This document shows positions 18,742 to 29,354 of a DNA stretch of 64,000 bases, piece after piece (positions within the stretch are counted from its first letter, which is position 1; every line of letters begins with the position of its first letter). Below the pieces are notes generated by a model. That model made no database searches. It saw nothing but the letters and a program-made list of their open reading frames with translations, and was not told the DNA's origin. The DNA lies in contig CAVTBV010000005.1 in the NCBI GenBank assembly GCA_963733095.1, positions 1 through 64,000 on the forward strand. The letters run 5' to 3'. The position numbers and the translations under genes are program-made. The DNA comes from Candidatus Bathyarchaeota archaeon. GTDB lineage: Archaea; Thermoproteota; Bathyarchaeia; Bathyarchaeales; Bathycorpusculaceae.

Positions 18742-19756
18742 ATTGAGGCGTCTCCAATTTTTAAAACTGCTCTAAAATGGACTTTTGCAGTCATCATACG
18801 TTCAAAAGCGGTGGCGGCTTGCTCGAGGGAAAAAACTTCAACCATGGGAACTACATGTGTCAGGACGCTAAAGTTTAGTGTGTCAGCGGTGTTTCCTCCT
18901 ACCCAGCCACTAACTGACCGAACCGCACGCATCAGTTGCGTTGGAGAAATCTGCATTGGTTCATTAACGAACGTTATGATGATTAGTTGTCCATTGCGAG
19001 CAAGCCCCTCGACTAGGTCTCCTATGGCTTTACTGTTGGGCGCAGTGCAGAATATGGCGCGTGCTCCCCCCAGCTTCATGAGTTCCTGACTTGGATTAGA
19101 GGTTTCTGCATCGATGTAAAACTTGGCTCCAAGTTTACTGGCTAGCTCTTTTTTTCTTTGCCACGAGAAATAACAGCGGTTTTCATTCCAAGCCGCACAG
19201 CAAACTGCAATGCCAAATGTCCCAAACCACCAAAACCCTGAATTGCGATTAAATCTCCGCCCTTTGCGGCGCTGCTTTTCAAAGCACCAAGCGTGGTTGC
19301 CCCTGCACATAAGAGTGGTGCAGCTTCCACGGAAGTAAGTTCTTCAGGAATAACTGTTAAAACATCCATACGAGCAACCATATATTCTGCGTATCCTCCG
19401 TCAGTTGAAATACCTGTCGCCAAGGGACTCTCGCATGCCCCGTAATCACCTTTTAGGCAAGATATGCACTTTTGGCAGTGACCGCCGCGCCAACCAACCC
19501 CCACCCTTTGCCCAACCTTCCAGTAATGCGATTGAGAACCCAACTTCACAATCGTGCCGACCACCTCGTGCCCAGGAGTTCGCGGATAGTGCAAACCAAG
19601 AAACCCCCCGTACTTAACGATCGCGTCACCATGACAAATGCCGCAGGCTTCAACTTTTAGGAGGACTTCGTGGTCTTTTGGCGCAGGAATCTCCTTTTGT
19701 ACTAGAACAAATTCGCCACCAGGATGATTAACTTGGATTGCTTTCATATGCGCCAT
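18738..19756 (-). CDS. Zn-dependent alcohol dehydrogenase, frameshift in A7 run near 19150
   Basis: CGICHGD, GHE, GFGGLG; split over two ORFs at a homopolymer. Confidence 0.9.
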
Positions 19757-19854
19757 AAAACTTTCCTATTCAGCTAATAATCCCTTAATATTTAAACCGT
19801 ATGCACCTGGTATTTTTGAGGTTTTTCAGCCTAATTGCAGGGTCTTTTAAGATT

Positions 19855-19882
19855 TGTGTACAAAAGCATCGCCAAAACATAC
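19855..19882 (-). repeat. Dispersed motif 1, copy A (degenerate)
   Basis: Reverse complement GTATGTTTTGGCGATGCTTTTGTACACA. Confidence 0.75.
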
Positions 19883-19933
19883 AAAATGACTTTTCTTTTT
19901 TTAAAATTTTTATCCGGCCAAATGGCAAAAACC

Positions 19934-19962
19934 TCGAAACTTCCCGAACCTTATATATACAT
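19934..19962 (+). promoter_or_regulatory. Motif 2, copy 1
   Basis: TCGAA ACTTCC CGAACCTTATATA TA CAT. Confidence 0.75.
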
Positions 19963-20602
19963 GCAGCGCTTAAACCAAAAATTGCAGAAAATCCTCTTCA
20001 CGTGTCATAATATTCCAAACTTCAAGTCACAGAATAAAAAAAATAGATGCGCTAAATAAAAGAGTTGAAATTGGCCTTCTTTTAGCCCTTGACCGAAAGC
20101 AGAAAAAACCCCGCGAGGGTCCTGAATTGTTTGGTAAATCCTTGTTTCAGTTTTTTTTGGTATCGATGAAACTAAAACCCTATTAAATTATGCTCCGAAC
20201 AGCTGTAAGCGGCATTTCTAGTTAAGCGGACAAGATTTCTAATTCCTGGTGGCATATTGCAGATTTAGAATTCTTAGAGTTTTTAGAACCTTTTGACCGA
20301 AATCTATTTGATTAGGATTATGAGTTGATTTTTCTTAATCGAAAAATGATCGAACTTTCACTATTAACATTAAAAAGTTAAAATTAATATTGCCACTTCG
20401 ATTAAAGTGATTTAAACATGTAGAAATATCCATGAGATTTATTATTTTTTGAGCTACGAGCAGCGAAGAAGATTCGTTTTTTATTTTTATAAATTTGAGG
20501 AAAGGTTATTTCAGCGGATCATCATATATTTTCAAATAATCTATAATGATGGGGCTGGTTGAAGACTGCTGTGAGGGTGAATCGGTTGGATGAGGATTCT
20601 GC

Positions 20603-20634
20603 AAAACTGTGTTTGGGAGATGCTTCTGTATACG
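20603..20634 (+). repeat. Dispersed motif 1, copy B
   Basis: AAAACTGTGTTTGGGAGATGCTTCTGTATACG. Confidence 0.88.
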
Positions 20635-20725
20635 GTTCACTCACAAGTCAGAAGGGCTGTGCGCAAATGTTAACGTATTTTGGCGTTTCTTGCTATGTCT
20701 ATGTTAAATTTTTTGAGGGATAGTC

Positions 20726-21439
20726 GTGAGTATTGAACGGAATCTGACATTTTCACTCTTAAAATTAACTAAAGAAGGACCTATTTTAATTGAAAGTGTC
20801 AATAAAGACGCCAAGATACCTGCGATTGTCGCGAAGAAGTTGCTAGAGAAATTTCAAAACGAAGACCTCATTTATCTTAAAGACAGAGCCATAGAAGTAA
20901 ACAGTGCCAGCAGGCTCAAACTAGCCGTTAAAGCAGCATCTTTAGGCGGAGACGTGGAATACATAGGCGATTTACTATGTTGGCAAGAGTTCGAAGAAAT
21001 CGCCGCGATAGCACTCAAAAACAACGGCTACAAGGTGCAAAAAAACTTTAGGTTCAAACATGGACCAAAAAGATGGGAAATCGACATCGTCGGCTGCAGA
21101 AAACCCATAGTTATCTGCATCGACTGCAAGCATTGGCAACGGGCAATCTCTTCGTCAGCCCTCAAGAAAATTGTTGACCTGCAAACACAAAGAGCCCAAG
21201 CGTTGGCCGATTCCTTGCCCATCTTCAACACAAAACTTGACTGCGTTAAATGGGAAAAAGCAAAGTTCATACCAGCCGTACTCTCCCTTATCCCCAGCGC
21301 CTACAAGTTCTACCAAAAAGTCCCCATTGTGCCCGTTCTCCAGCTTCAAGACTTCATATATCAACTGCCGGCTTACACAGAAACTCTAAAGTTTTTTCCC
21401 AAAAAATTCAAAACTTTAAGTCATGATTTTGAGGATTGA
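20726..21439 (+). CDS. wHTH plus PD-(D/E)XK nuclease-like protein (Mrr/NERD-like)
   Basis: WQEFEE, EIDIV, IDCKHW. Confidence 0.85.
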   Translation: MSIERNLTFSLLKLTKEGPILIESVNKDAKIPAIVAKKLLEKFQNEDLIYLKDRAIEVNSASRLKLAVKAASLGGDVEYIGDLLCWQEFEEIAAIALKNNGYKVQKNFRFKHGPKRWEIDIVGCRKPIVICIDCKHWQRAISSSALKKIVDLQTQRAQALADSLPIFNTKLDCVKWEKAKFIPAVLSLIPSAYKFYQKVPIVPVLQLQDFIYQLPAYTETLKFFPKKFKTLSHDFED

Positions 21440-23290
21440 TGTTTTAGCAAGCCTAAACGCGGGGTAGAGGCTTACGATGAACATTACAAGCAAGGCTGCA
21501 AGTAGCCAAGCACTTATTTCTACGATAGTAAAGCCTGTAACCAGTGGGTTTTTCATTAAAATTAGCAAAGTTGTGGTTACGCCAAGTGAAATTCCTACTG
21601 CAAAACTGGAAATAAGCACGATTGCGGTTTGAATCGCCGAAATAAATACAATTATTCTTGGTTTAGCTCCGAAGGCGCGTAAAATGGCGAATTCTTGGTG
21701 TTGCTCATCGGCGGATAGCATCATGTAACCGACTAGGCAGATGGCGGCTGAGGCTAAGGTGAAAAGCGGCAGAAGCATGATTGTTTGCCAATTTGAGAAT
21801 AGAAAAACCGTGTTTTGTTCGACCAGCGAGTTTAGGTCAAACACTTCTAAATCATAACCTGATGCTTGGACTACACTCTTTATTTCATTAATAGCTGCAT
21901 TACGATTTGTTGAATTGTTAAGTTTAACCAGCAACAGGTTATTCTCATGCAATCCTGTAGCATTCTGCAATTCCTCGATGGGCGCATAGGCGACATAACC
22001 ATTGTTTAATGGGTCAACACAGACCCCAACTATCTTAAAAGTCACATTTTCAATCCCTATGCCCTCTTGCAACGGATCAGCCAAACTAATTTTATTTGCT
22101 AAATCAGGCACATACATTGTTTCGGCGATTGAATCTCCCACAACCGCTTCAAAAGCAGAACTGTTGCTTAAAAATCGACCATCAATCGACCAAGAACCAA
22201 CAGCAACAGTAGGGTTTACACCAACTATTATTGATTGACCAACGCGATGATCACCCACAAACTGTGTCTGTGAGCTGTCTTGCGCGAAAGCGAAGCCAGC
22301 CACTTCCTTAACATTCAGGTCTATAACCAGCCTTGGATCAACATGTTCAACAGCGTTTAGGGTACTCAGCTGGTGATTAACCGTTTCAGGAACGGCTAAT
22401 TTTGGGTCTGAATAGTTAAAGGGGCTTGTTTGCTCGATTTTTGAAAAATTCGACAATAACAGTTTGTACTGATTAATCATTGAGCTATACCCGATAGCAA
22501 GGGTATCTTTGCCGATTGGTGTTTCGATAGATGATATTGTGGTGTCGCTTGCGATTATTCCGCCAGCCACAGAAACTGTCAACAAAATAAAAACAATCGA
22601 TAACAAAAAGACGATGCGTAGACTTGCTGATTGACGTCGATATAAGCTTCTCAGGGCAATTCGCAAAGTTATCCCTCGTCTAGAGAGCAGCTTAAGTTTG
22701 GTTTCTCCCGTTAAACCGTAGTAGTTCACTGGTGAAAGCGCTTCTATAGCGGACATTTTAGCGGCTTTAAGGATAGGACGTAAACCAAAAAATATGGATA
22801 GAACAAAAAACGTGACAAAAACCAAGATCGCGTACCAAAAATTAGGCAGCACATATTCAGAAAAGACCAATTGTGAGACCACAAAGTCTGCTAAAAAACC
22901 AAAAACTATGCCCAATATACACCCAACGAAGGTAACCGTCAAGAGCTCTGTCATAAAGTATCCTCCGACAAGACTGTTTGGGCATCCAGCAGCTTTTATT
23001 AGCCCAAAATCACGGGTCCTCTGTGACATCATCAAAAAAACAATAAATGAAGTTAAAACTGCACCTATGATAAAAATCAAGATTCCGATGAATAATATAA
23101 ATTGACTAAAGATTGCGGTTAAACCCAGCGTTAACCGTCCTGTGGCTGATGCGAAACCTACGCCTAAGCGACTGCTAAATAGCAAAAGAAACAGCGTAGA
23201 AGCCACACTCAACGTTAAAGTCGCGATTGTTAGGCTTGTTTGCAGTTTCCTTCGAAGCAAATCGTTGATGGGAAAACCGGTACTACTCAT
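21416..23290 (-). CDS. MacB/FtsX-type ABC permease
   Basis: RTRDFGLIKAAG and EFAILRAFGA repeats. Confidence 0.9.
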   Translation of the reverse strand: MSSTGFPINDLLRRKLQTSLTIATLTLSVASTLFLLLFSSRLGVGFASATGRLTLGLTAIFSQFILFIGILIFIIGAVLTSFIVFLMMSQRTRDFGLIKAAGCPNSLVGGYFMTELLTVTFVGCILGIVFGFLADFVVSQLVFSEYVLPNFWYAILVFVTFFVLSIFFGLRPILKAAKMSAIEALSPVNYYGLTGETKLKLLSRRGITLRIALRSLYRRQSASLRIVFLLSIVFILLTVSVAGGIIASDTTISSIETPIGKDTLAIGYSSMINQYKLLLSNFSKIEQTSPFNYSDPKLAVPETVNHQLSTLNAVEHVDPRLVIDLNVKEVAGFAFAQDSSQTQFVGDHRVGQSIIVGVNPTVAVGSWSIDGRFLSNSSAFEAVVGDSIAETMYVPDLANKISLADPLQEGIGIENVTFKIVGVCVDPLNNGYVAYAPIEELQNATGLHENNLLLVKLNNSTNRNAAINEIKSVVQASGYDLEVFDLNSLVEQNTVFLFSNWQTIMLLPLFTLASAAICLVGYMMLSADEQHQEFAILRAFGAKPRIIVFISAIQTAIVLISSFAVGISLGVTTTLLILMKNPLVTGFTIVEISAWLLAALLVMFIVSLYPAFRLAKTSILKIMT

Positions 23291-23975
23291 TATTACCGAC
23301 CAATTTGCCCTCTTCTAAACAGAAAACCTGGTCTGCTAGCTCTCGAATCTGCGCGTCATGGGTTGAAACTATGACGGTTTTGCCTTGGGATTTTAAAAGT
23401 TGGAGCACTTGGATGATTTTTTGGGCATTTTTTACATCCAAATTGCCCGTAGGTTCATCCGCAAGAATCAACTCTGGATTATTCGCCAGAGCCCTTGCAA
23501 AAGCAACGCGTTGTTGTTCTCCACCGCTTAGTTGCGAAGGAAAATGGTTTGCACGATGTGCCAATCCCACCGTTTTTAAAAGTTCCTCAACTCTTTTTTC
23601 TGTTTCATGCGCAGGTTTTTGAGTCCACTCCATTGGGAAAGCCACATTTTCAGCTACAGTTAGAGTAGAAACAAGATTGTAAGCTTGAAAAACAAAGCCC
23701 ACGTTGTTGCAGCGGAAATCTGAGAGGAAATCCTCATCTTGCACGGTCAAATCTTGTTGGGCAACAAATACTTTTCCTTTGGTTAGCCGGTCAATTCCAC
23801 CTATGATATTAAGCAGGGTTGTTTTACCTGAGCCCGAAGGACCACATAGGACTGCAAAGTGTGCTTTTGGAATCTGCAGGTTCACATCTTTTAGAACGGT
23901 AATTTTGCTATATCCAAGGTCGTAGGTCTTTTCTAAGGCTTGAACAGAGACCATTATCCCTTCTTCACTGGTCAT
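23283..23975 (-). CDS. ABC ATPase (LolD/MacB-like)
   Basis: GPSGSGKT, LSGGEQQR, DEPTGNLD. Confidence 0.95.
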   Translation of the reverse strand: MTSEEGIMVSVQALEKTYDLGYSKITVLKDVNLQIPKAHFAVLCGPSGSGKTTLLNIIGGIDRLTKGKVFVAQQDLTVQDEDFLSDFRCNNVGFVFQAYNLVSTLTVAENVAFPMEWTQKPAHETEKRVEELLKTVGLAHRANHFPSQLSGGEQQRVAFARALANNPELILADEPTGNLDVKNAQKIIQVLQLLKSQGKTVIVSTHDAQIRELADQVFCLEEGKLVGNNE

Positions 23976-24056
23976 TAGTTCTCGTTCCTACCCCTATGTG
24001 TTAAGGTTCAGGTTACCTTTAAGGTAATAAGTTTGCGGTACACTTGTTTTACGTGC

Positions 24057-24494
24057 TTATTGCTGGTAGCTGGTGTCGATGTTAAAGTTTCCGCGGTCGC
24101 GTTTTAGGATTCGCACTTTGTCGGGGAGCTTATTTTTTTCCCAGTCAGTCCAGCTGATTTCCTTGAACAGCCACCGTTTACCCAGATGCGCCGCTACCAC
24201 TGCATGTTTGTTTTCGTTTCCTGTAGGGATGAATTGAGTGAGAAACTGGAAGAGTTTGTCGATTTGTGGTTTGGGAAAGTAGGCGTAGTAGCTGGCGTTT
24301 TTTACTTCAAACGCGTAGACGTGTTTGCCTTTTCGCGCCATGAGGTCTGGTAGGGGGTTGAGGCTGGGGTTGCTGACGGGGACACGGACGGCGTTGTAGC
24401 CTTTTTTCTGCAGGAGTTTGACTAGGACGGTTTCGCTGTAGAAGCCTCTTTTGCGCCATCGCCTAAGTTTTATTCTGTCGATCTCTGTAGTCAA
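24057..24494 (-). CDS. hjc: Hjc-family Holliday junction resolvase
   Basis: RG..SE..LV..L..KGY.AVR.P.S, PDLMA, FEVK. Confidence 0.82.
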   Translation of the reverse strand: MTTEIDRIKLRRWRKRGFYSETVLVKLLQKKGYNAVRVPVSNPSLNPLPDLMARKGKHVYAFEVKNASYYAYFPKPQIDKLFQFLTQFIPTGNENKHAVVAAHLGKRWLFKEISWTDWEKNKLPDKVRILKRDRGNFNIDTSYQQ

Positions 24495-24564
24495 CGGTTT
24501 CCCTTCTCTGAAATACCTATTTATTGGGCTCTTGGCATAAAAATTGTTCCTCAGGAGAACCTGG

Positions 24565-24595
24565 AAAGTGTGTTTTGGGGATGCTTCTGTATACG
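24565..24595 (+). repeat. Dispersed motif 1, copy D
   Basis: AAAGTGTGTTTTGGGGATGCTTCTGTATACG. Confidence 0.88.
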
Positions 24596-26084
24596 GGGAG
24601 TTTGGGCTGGTGTAGCTGGTGCGGGATGGTGAAGATGTAAATCTAAAGTATTACTAATACAACTATAGCCACTGATTACGTATTTTTCAACATCCACACA
24701 AGAAAAATAACCACTATTTAGACTACAGTAAGGGCTTGAAATGTCGCTGTTGATGCAAAAGAGCTGACAAAAACAATCCCTTAGACACCCAAAAAACTAG
24801 CTCGAAATCTCAAAACTCCAACTCCGAGGCGTTGCCGTCTACAAGAAAGAAACTTTCAGGCACTATCACCACAAAAAGCACCCAGGCAGAGCAATCACAA
24901 AACAGCACAAGCCACAAACAAAGAATCCGCAAAGAAGAACATGGGGTCCAAAAGTCAACGTCACAAAACGAAAACAAGTTCCAAAAAAAATCAATTCCGT
25001 TTGGCAAAAAATTTTCTAAAAAAATAGGGCCAAATTGCCAAAGTTTGTTAATTTGCCAAAAAAGCAGTGTTTACCCTCGAAGGATAGCCGAAAAAACAGA
25101 CATTTGCTTCGCATGGAGATTTTCGGAGGTACTTATATGAGGCTCTGGTAATGTCCATGCCAGTTGTTTATGGCTAAAGCGAATACGATGTAATTGGGGT
25201 TTTTTTGATGTTTTGGGCTCAAATTGAGGGTTTTGATTATGGTTTCCATAGAAAAAAATCACGGCTTTTTGCATTTATCGCCTTTCGAATCAAAACAATG
25301 GTTTTAATACACATTTGAGCCAAAATGAGCCCATACCCGGGATTTTTTAGAAAAAAAGCCCTAACGAATACCCGAAATTTTTTGAGTTAAAAAACCTGAA
25401 ACAAATTTGTATTTGATTAGAAGAAAATCAATTCCCAAAACATATTTTGAATTTAAACCAGGTCGGCCCTAACAGTTTAAAAAAAAGTGTGCGAAGAGTT
25501 GGATCCGACAAACATTTTTGAGAAAATTGACTCTGATTATGACGCCCAATCGTGTAGGACGCTGGACCGATGAAAGCCATTTGTGTCTGGATCCAGTATA
25601 GTATTGACGTCGCCTCAGGGATACAGAATTTTCAACTTTGGCTGGTTGTGTACTAAAGCATATTTTAGCGCTTGAATCATAAGGTCCCCGTCGACTATAC
25701 CTCAAAAATAAGTTACTTTACTTTTCGTTTTGTCTCATTTTTGACTAAGAAAATCAATCTTTTTTTCTCTCTTTGACAGTTAGCTCCAAAGAAAGTGGTT
25801 TGCTAATTTGTGAAAAAGCAGTAGTCAAAAGCCTTCTAATTATTTAGAGTTGGTAGTATATTCGCCCAGCGTCGATGATCTTACCCAATTGTTTTATCTC
25901 TGTTTGACTGAGACATTTGTTATGTAGTGCCTTTGAACTCGTCCAATTCTCGCATCTTCTCCTCGCTGCTGGGCAAGGGGTCTTTTTATCTTCAAGTCAG
26001 CTTCAACCTCCCGTCTGAATCGGGATCGGCCACTGAAGCCGGATCAACAACCCCACCAGAATCGGCGAGTGGACCATAGAAATA

Positions 26085-26114
26085 GTTGTTGTTGTTGTTG
26101 TTGTTGTTGTTGTT
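26085..26114 (+). repeat. (GTT)10 microsatellite
   Basis: Read directly. Confidence 0.9.
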
Positions 26115-26412
26115 GCAACTGCATTCTGCACACCGGTTGCAACAACTTTCAGATTTAATTTTAATTGTTGAGGTTTACTCTTTATTGCAGTCCGAGTCTT
26201 GCCCATAAACATCGAAACAGTTGAGAACAAGGAGAAGAGGATGGTCAAGGAGAAAATTATGAATACACTATTTAAACGTGTAAACACCAGTTACAATGCT
26301 TCGAAAGTTTCAAAATTGGCTCTAAAGTCAACATTGAACGGTCAACCCTGCAGCTGTAGAGCCAAAAGTCGTGAATAACTAAAGTTGTTGTACCAACATC
26401 TATGCCCAAAGC

Positions 26413-26444
26413 TGTATACAGAAGCATCGCCCAAACACAGTTTT
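26413..26444 (-). repeat. Dispersed motif 1, copy E
   Basis: Reverse complement AAAACTGTGTTTGGGCGATGCTTCTGTATACA. Confidence 0.9.
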
Positions 26445-26500
26445 TGAGCATCTTCGAAAACCTTTTCAACCAAACAACCCATACAACAATGGGGTCTTCA

Positions 26501-26917
26501 ATGTCTGCCTTCAAAGTTGTAAATAAAACCTTCAAGTTCCGCACCCAGGGCGAAATAGACTTTATAGACTTAACCGACAAAATCCAAGAAGAAGTTTCCG
26601 ACTCAAAAATTAAAAATGGTATAGCCCACATTTTTGCTCCACACGCAACAGGCATATTGGTCTTAACTGAAAACGACGGCGCCTTGCTTGAGGACATTAA
26701 AGTTTTTCTGAAAGAACTCGTACCAAAACATCAGGAATACCAGCACCCATCCAATGCTCACGCCCATCTGCGATCCCTGCTTCTACCACCCGACAAGACT
26801 TTGCCAGTTATGGACGGGCACGCGGTGTTTGGGACATGGCAGTCGCTGCTTTTTGTAGAGACTGACGTTTATCCAAGGGAAAGAACGATTATTATCCAGG
26901 TCATGGGCGAGCAATAA
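26501..26917 (+). CDS. YjbQ/UPF0047 family protein
   Basis: DLTD, PHATG, NAHAHLRS, FGTWQS; real start probably ATG 26501. Confidence 0.92.
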   Translation: MSAFKVVNKTFKFRTQGEIDFIDLTDKIQEEVSDSKIKNGIAHIFAPHATGILVLTENDGALLEDIKVFLKELVPKHQEYQHPSNAHAHLRSLLLPPDKTLPVMDGHAVFGTWQSLLFVETDVYPRERTIIIQVMGEQ

Positions 26918-27451
26918 AAAAAGTAAGCTACTCCGGAATTTATCAAAAAAGTTTCAGAAAACTCCATTTTTCGCTTATAGAAAAGAGAAAAAGTAAGCAT
27001 CAACATCCAAAATTAACTATTTTATTATAAATACGCAAATTGATGCCCACCATTTTCACTGTTTATTGTAAAAAGTTAAGGTTCGAAAAAATTTCGCCAG
27101 CTAAAAAATCCCACCAAATTAAACAAGAACCAGAGAGCCAGGCAAACAACGCCAATACAAAAAAACAACTGAACAAGAACTATTATGAGACTGAAAAAAC
27201 ATCAAAACAGTTACGCGCCAAACATTAAAAAGCCAAAATCCAGCATTAATTCCACTGAAATTGCCCGATAACGCTTTCTAAAACCCATTTTTGAGAGCCT
27301 GCAGGCTTTCAATAACGTCATAGGCTAAGTTGCCCGCCTTAAATGTGCTTAAACAAACTCGAAACAACTTTTATTAGGTTTGGTGACGGTAAAAATTAAA
27401 GGTACCACTTTGTTCTGATAGTAGTTGCTTTTTTTCTCGAGCATTATCTGC

Positions 27452-27480
27452 ATGATTATATAAGGTTCGCCATTCTTCGA
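27452..27480 (-). promoter_or_regulatory. Motif 2, copy 2
   Basis: Reverse complement TCGAA GAATGG CGAACCTTATATA AT CAT. Confidence 0.75.
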
Positions 27481-27486
27481 AAAAAT

Positions 27487-28227
27487 TTAGCCTTTTCGTT
27501 CTGTTCGAATCCGCTTAGCAGACCCTTTAGGGCGCATGCGGGCTTTTTTCTTAACCTCAGCTCTTTGCAAAGGTTTCTCTTCTAACGCGTCAGGCTGTGC
27601 TTCTTCGATAGGTAATTCATCCACGGCATCTGGGAAATCTTCGGCTGTAGCTTGCAGGGACCCTTTTTTAAGCATAGTCTCTATAGCGCGGTCAACATCG
27701 CCTGGTTCCACATTAATGCCTAAAGTTGCATCAGCAAGCAACACTGTTTCAAAGCCAAGTTTACGTGCATCAACAACCGTGTTCAACACACAGTAATCGG
27801 TCGCTAAACCACCCACAAAAAGCCGTTTAACCCCCATAGCCCGTAAATCGTGATCAAGGCTTGTACCGTCAAAAGCTGAATAAACTTCTTTTTCTGGGTT
27901 AGTTGCTTTGGAAATGACGACTGTGTGCGGAGGTAGTTTTAGGTTGGGGCTAAACTTTGCGCCGCTTGTTTCTTGCACGCAGTGTGGAGACCATAGACCT
28001 CCCTGTGTCTTAAAGGATACGTGGTTCTTAGGGTGCCAATCTCTGGAGGCTAAAACATGTGCTTTAGAACCCTCAAATCGCTTAATGTAGCTGTTGAGAA
28101 CAGGTATTATTTCGTCGCCGTTTTCGACTGGCAAGGCTCCACCAGGCAGAAAATCTTTTTGTATGTCAGTTATTAAAAGGGCGTCCGAGTTTTTTAAAAT
28201 GTAGTTTTTACTCAAATAAGTCACCAT
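27487..28227 (-). CDS. pncA: Nicotinamidase/pyrazinamidase
   Basis: DIQKDFLPGGAL, RDWH, HCV, GLATDYCV. Confidence 0.93.
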   Translation of the reverse strand: MVTYLSKNYILKNSDALLITDIQKDFLPGGALPVENGDEIIPVLNSYIKRFEGSKAHVLASRDWHPKNHVSFKTQGGLWSPHCVQETSGAKFSPNLKLPPHTVVISKATNPEKEVYSAFDGTSLDHDLRAMGVKRLFVGGLATDYCVLNTVVDARKLGFETVLLADATLGINVEPGDVDRAIETMLKKGSLQATAEDFPDAVDELPIEEAQPDALEEKPLQRAEVKKKARMRPKGSAKRIRTERKG

Positions 28228-28370
28228 CTTTAAAATCCACAGTTCTTTTAGAAGTTATGCTAAAACCTGTACTAAATAAGAGAAAAGGTATGGATAAACT
28301 TTTTTGCTGCATACGCAGATGGGTGGAAAAGTAATTAAGACTTAACATGAATAGGTTGATGGTGAAATTC

Positions 28371-28640
28371 ATGGCAATTTTAGCGTATGTTCTTTTCAAA
28401 GTTGCATCAGGAGCCGAAAGGGATGTAGCTCAAAAACTCATCGAATTCAAAGAAGTCAATCAGGCGGACATTGTTTTCGGCGAATACGATGTGATAGCTG
28501 AGGTAACGGTTCAAAGTCTTGAAAAGCTTGAGGAATTTGTCTCGGAGAGCATCAGAAACGTTCCCGGCGTACTTGTTACGTCTACTATGATTATTTCCCG
28601 CGAGTACAAGGGAAAAAACTCTCGAGCAAAAAACAAGTAA
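28371..28640 (+). CDS. Lrp/AsnC ligand-binding (RAM) domain protein
   Basis: AYVL...VFGEYDVIA...IRNVPGV..TSTMI. Confidence 0.9.
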   Translation: MAILAYVLFKVASGAERDVAQKLIEFKEVNQADIVFGEYDVIAEVTVQSLEKLEEFVSESIRNVPGVLVTSTMIISREYKGKNSRAKNK

Positions 28641-29197
28641 CTTTCTTTCAATAGTTTTTCAAGTTTCAATTTTTGAGAAATTCTGAGCGAGAGCAATCTT
28701 CAGGATTGAAGGGCCACATTTCGTTATTGGTTAACATTTTATACAAAGACGTCTATGGTAATTTGTAATTATATTGTTTATTTTTATTAAGTAGTCTATG
28801 GTTGTTTCAACTTTTTAATGTAAAAAAATAACATTCGACAGCTTTTCGTCTGGCAAAAGAGGATAAGCAGAACAAAATAGTCAAACTTGGTTCCTCAGGA
28901 AGAGATAACTGCAGAGTGAATTAGACAAAAAAAGAGTTGCGTCAGAAGACGTGAGGTTCAACATCACCTAAAAAAACTCTTAATGGTTGTTTTGAGGACA
29001 AAATTTTGTTGTCGTTTCGCGTTTATCGCCTGCTCACTATCTAAAAGAAGTAAGGCAGTCTAATTTTGCGGAACTACCCCGTTTCGAACCCACAAGACAC
29101 AATGTTTTTTTCCTCAAGATCACCCTTTTTAGTGCTGCTAAGCAAAAATTCAAACAAGGTCGGCGAGTTTTCCTATTTACATTTTTTTAGCTTTCAT

Positions 29198-29226
29198 ATG
29201 AATATATAAGGTTCGTTGAACTTCGA
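29198..29226 (-). promoter_or_regulatory. Motif 2, copy 3
   Basis: Reverse complement TCGAA GTTCAA CGAACCTTATATA TT CAT. Confidence 0.75.
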
Positions 29227-29270
29227 ATTTTTTGCGATTTTTTGAATTCAAGATTTCACGGATTGCAGTA

Positions 29271-29302
29271 AAAAGTGTGTTTGGGCGATGCTTCTGTATA
29301 CA
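29271..29302 (+). repeat. Dispersed motif 1, copy C
   Basis: AAAAGTGTGTTTGGGCGATGCTTCTGTATACA, 27 nt identical to copy E. Confidence 0.9.
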
Positions 29303-29354
29303 ACCAAGGATATGCTTATCTTTTAACCATACATAACAGTAATCAGGCGTTAAT

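Noticed and set aside
19140-19160. Phase variation of adh
   Set aside because: One missing A in an A7 run fits a homopolymer sequencing error
24810-26287. Short ORFs in the large spacer
   Set aside because: Low-complexity translations of A/T runs and the microsatellite, with no recognisable motifs
26402-26500. N-terminal extension of YjbQ
   Set aside because: It runs through motif 1 and the promoter; the family domain begins at ATG 26501
19855-29302. Motif 1 as CRISPR repeats
   Set aside because: Copies are 0.7-4 kb apart in both orientations, with no regular spacers and no cas genes
26413-29302. Motif 1 copies E and C as transposon inverted ends (TGT...ACA)
   Set aside because: No target-site duplication or transposase, enclosed genes are housekeeping, and copies B and D end differently; disfavoured rather than excluded
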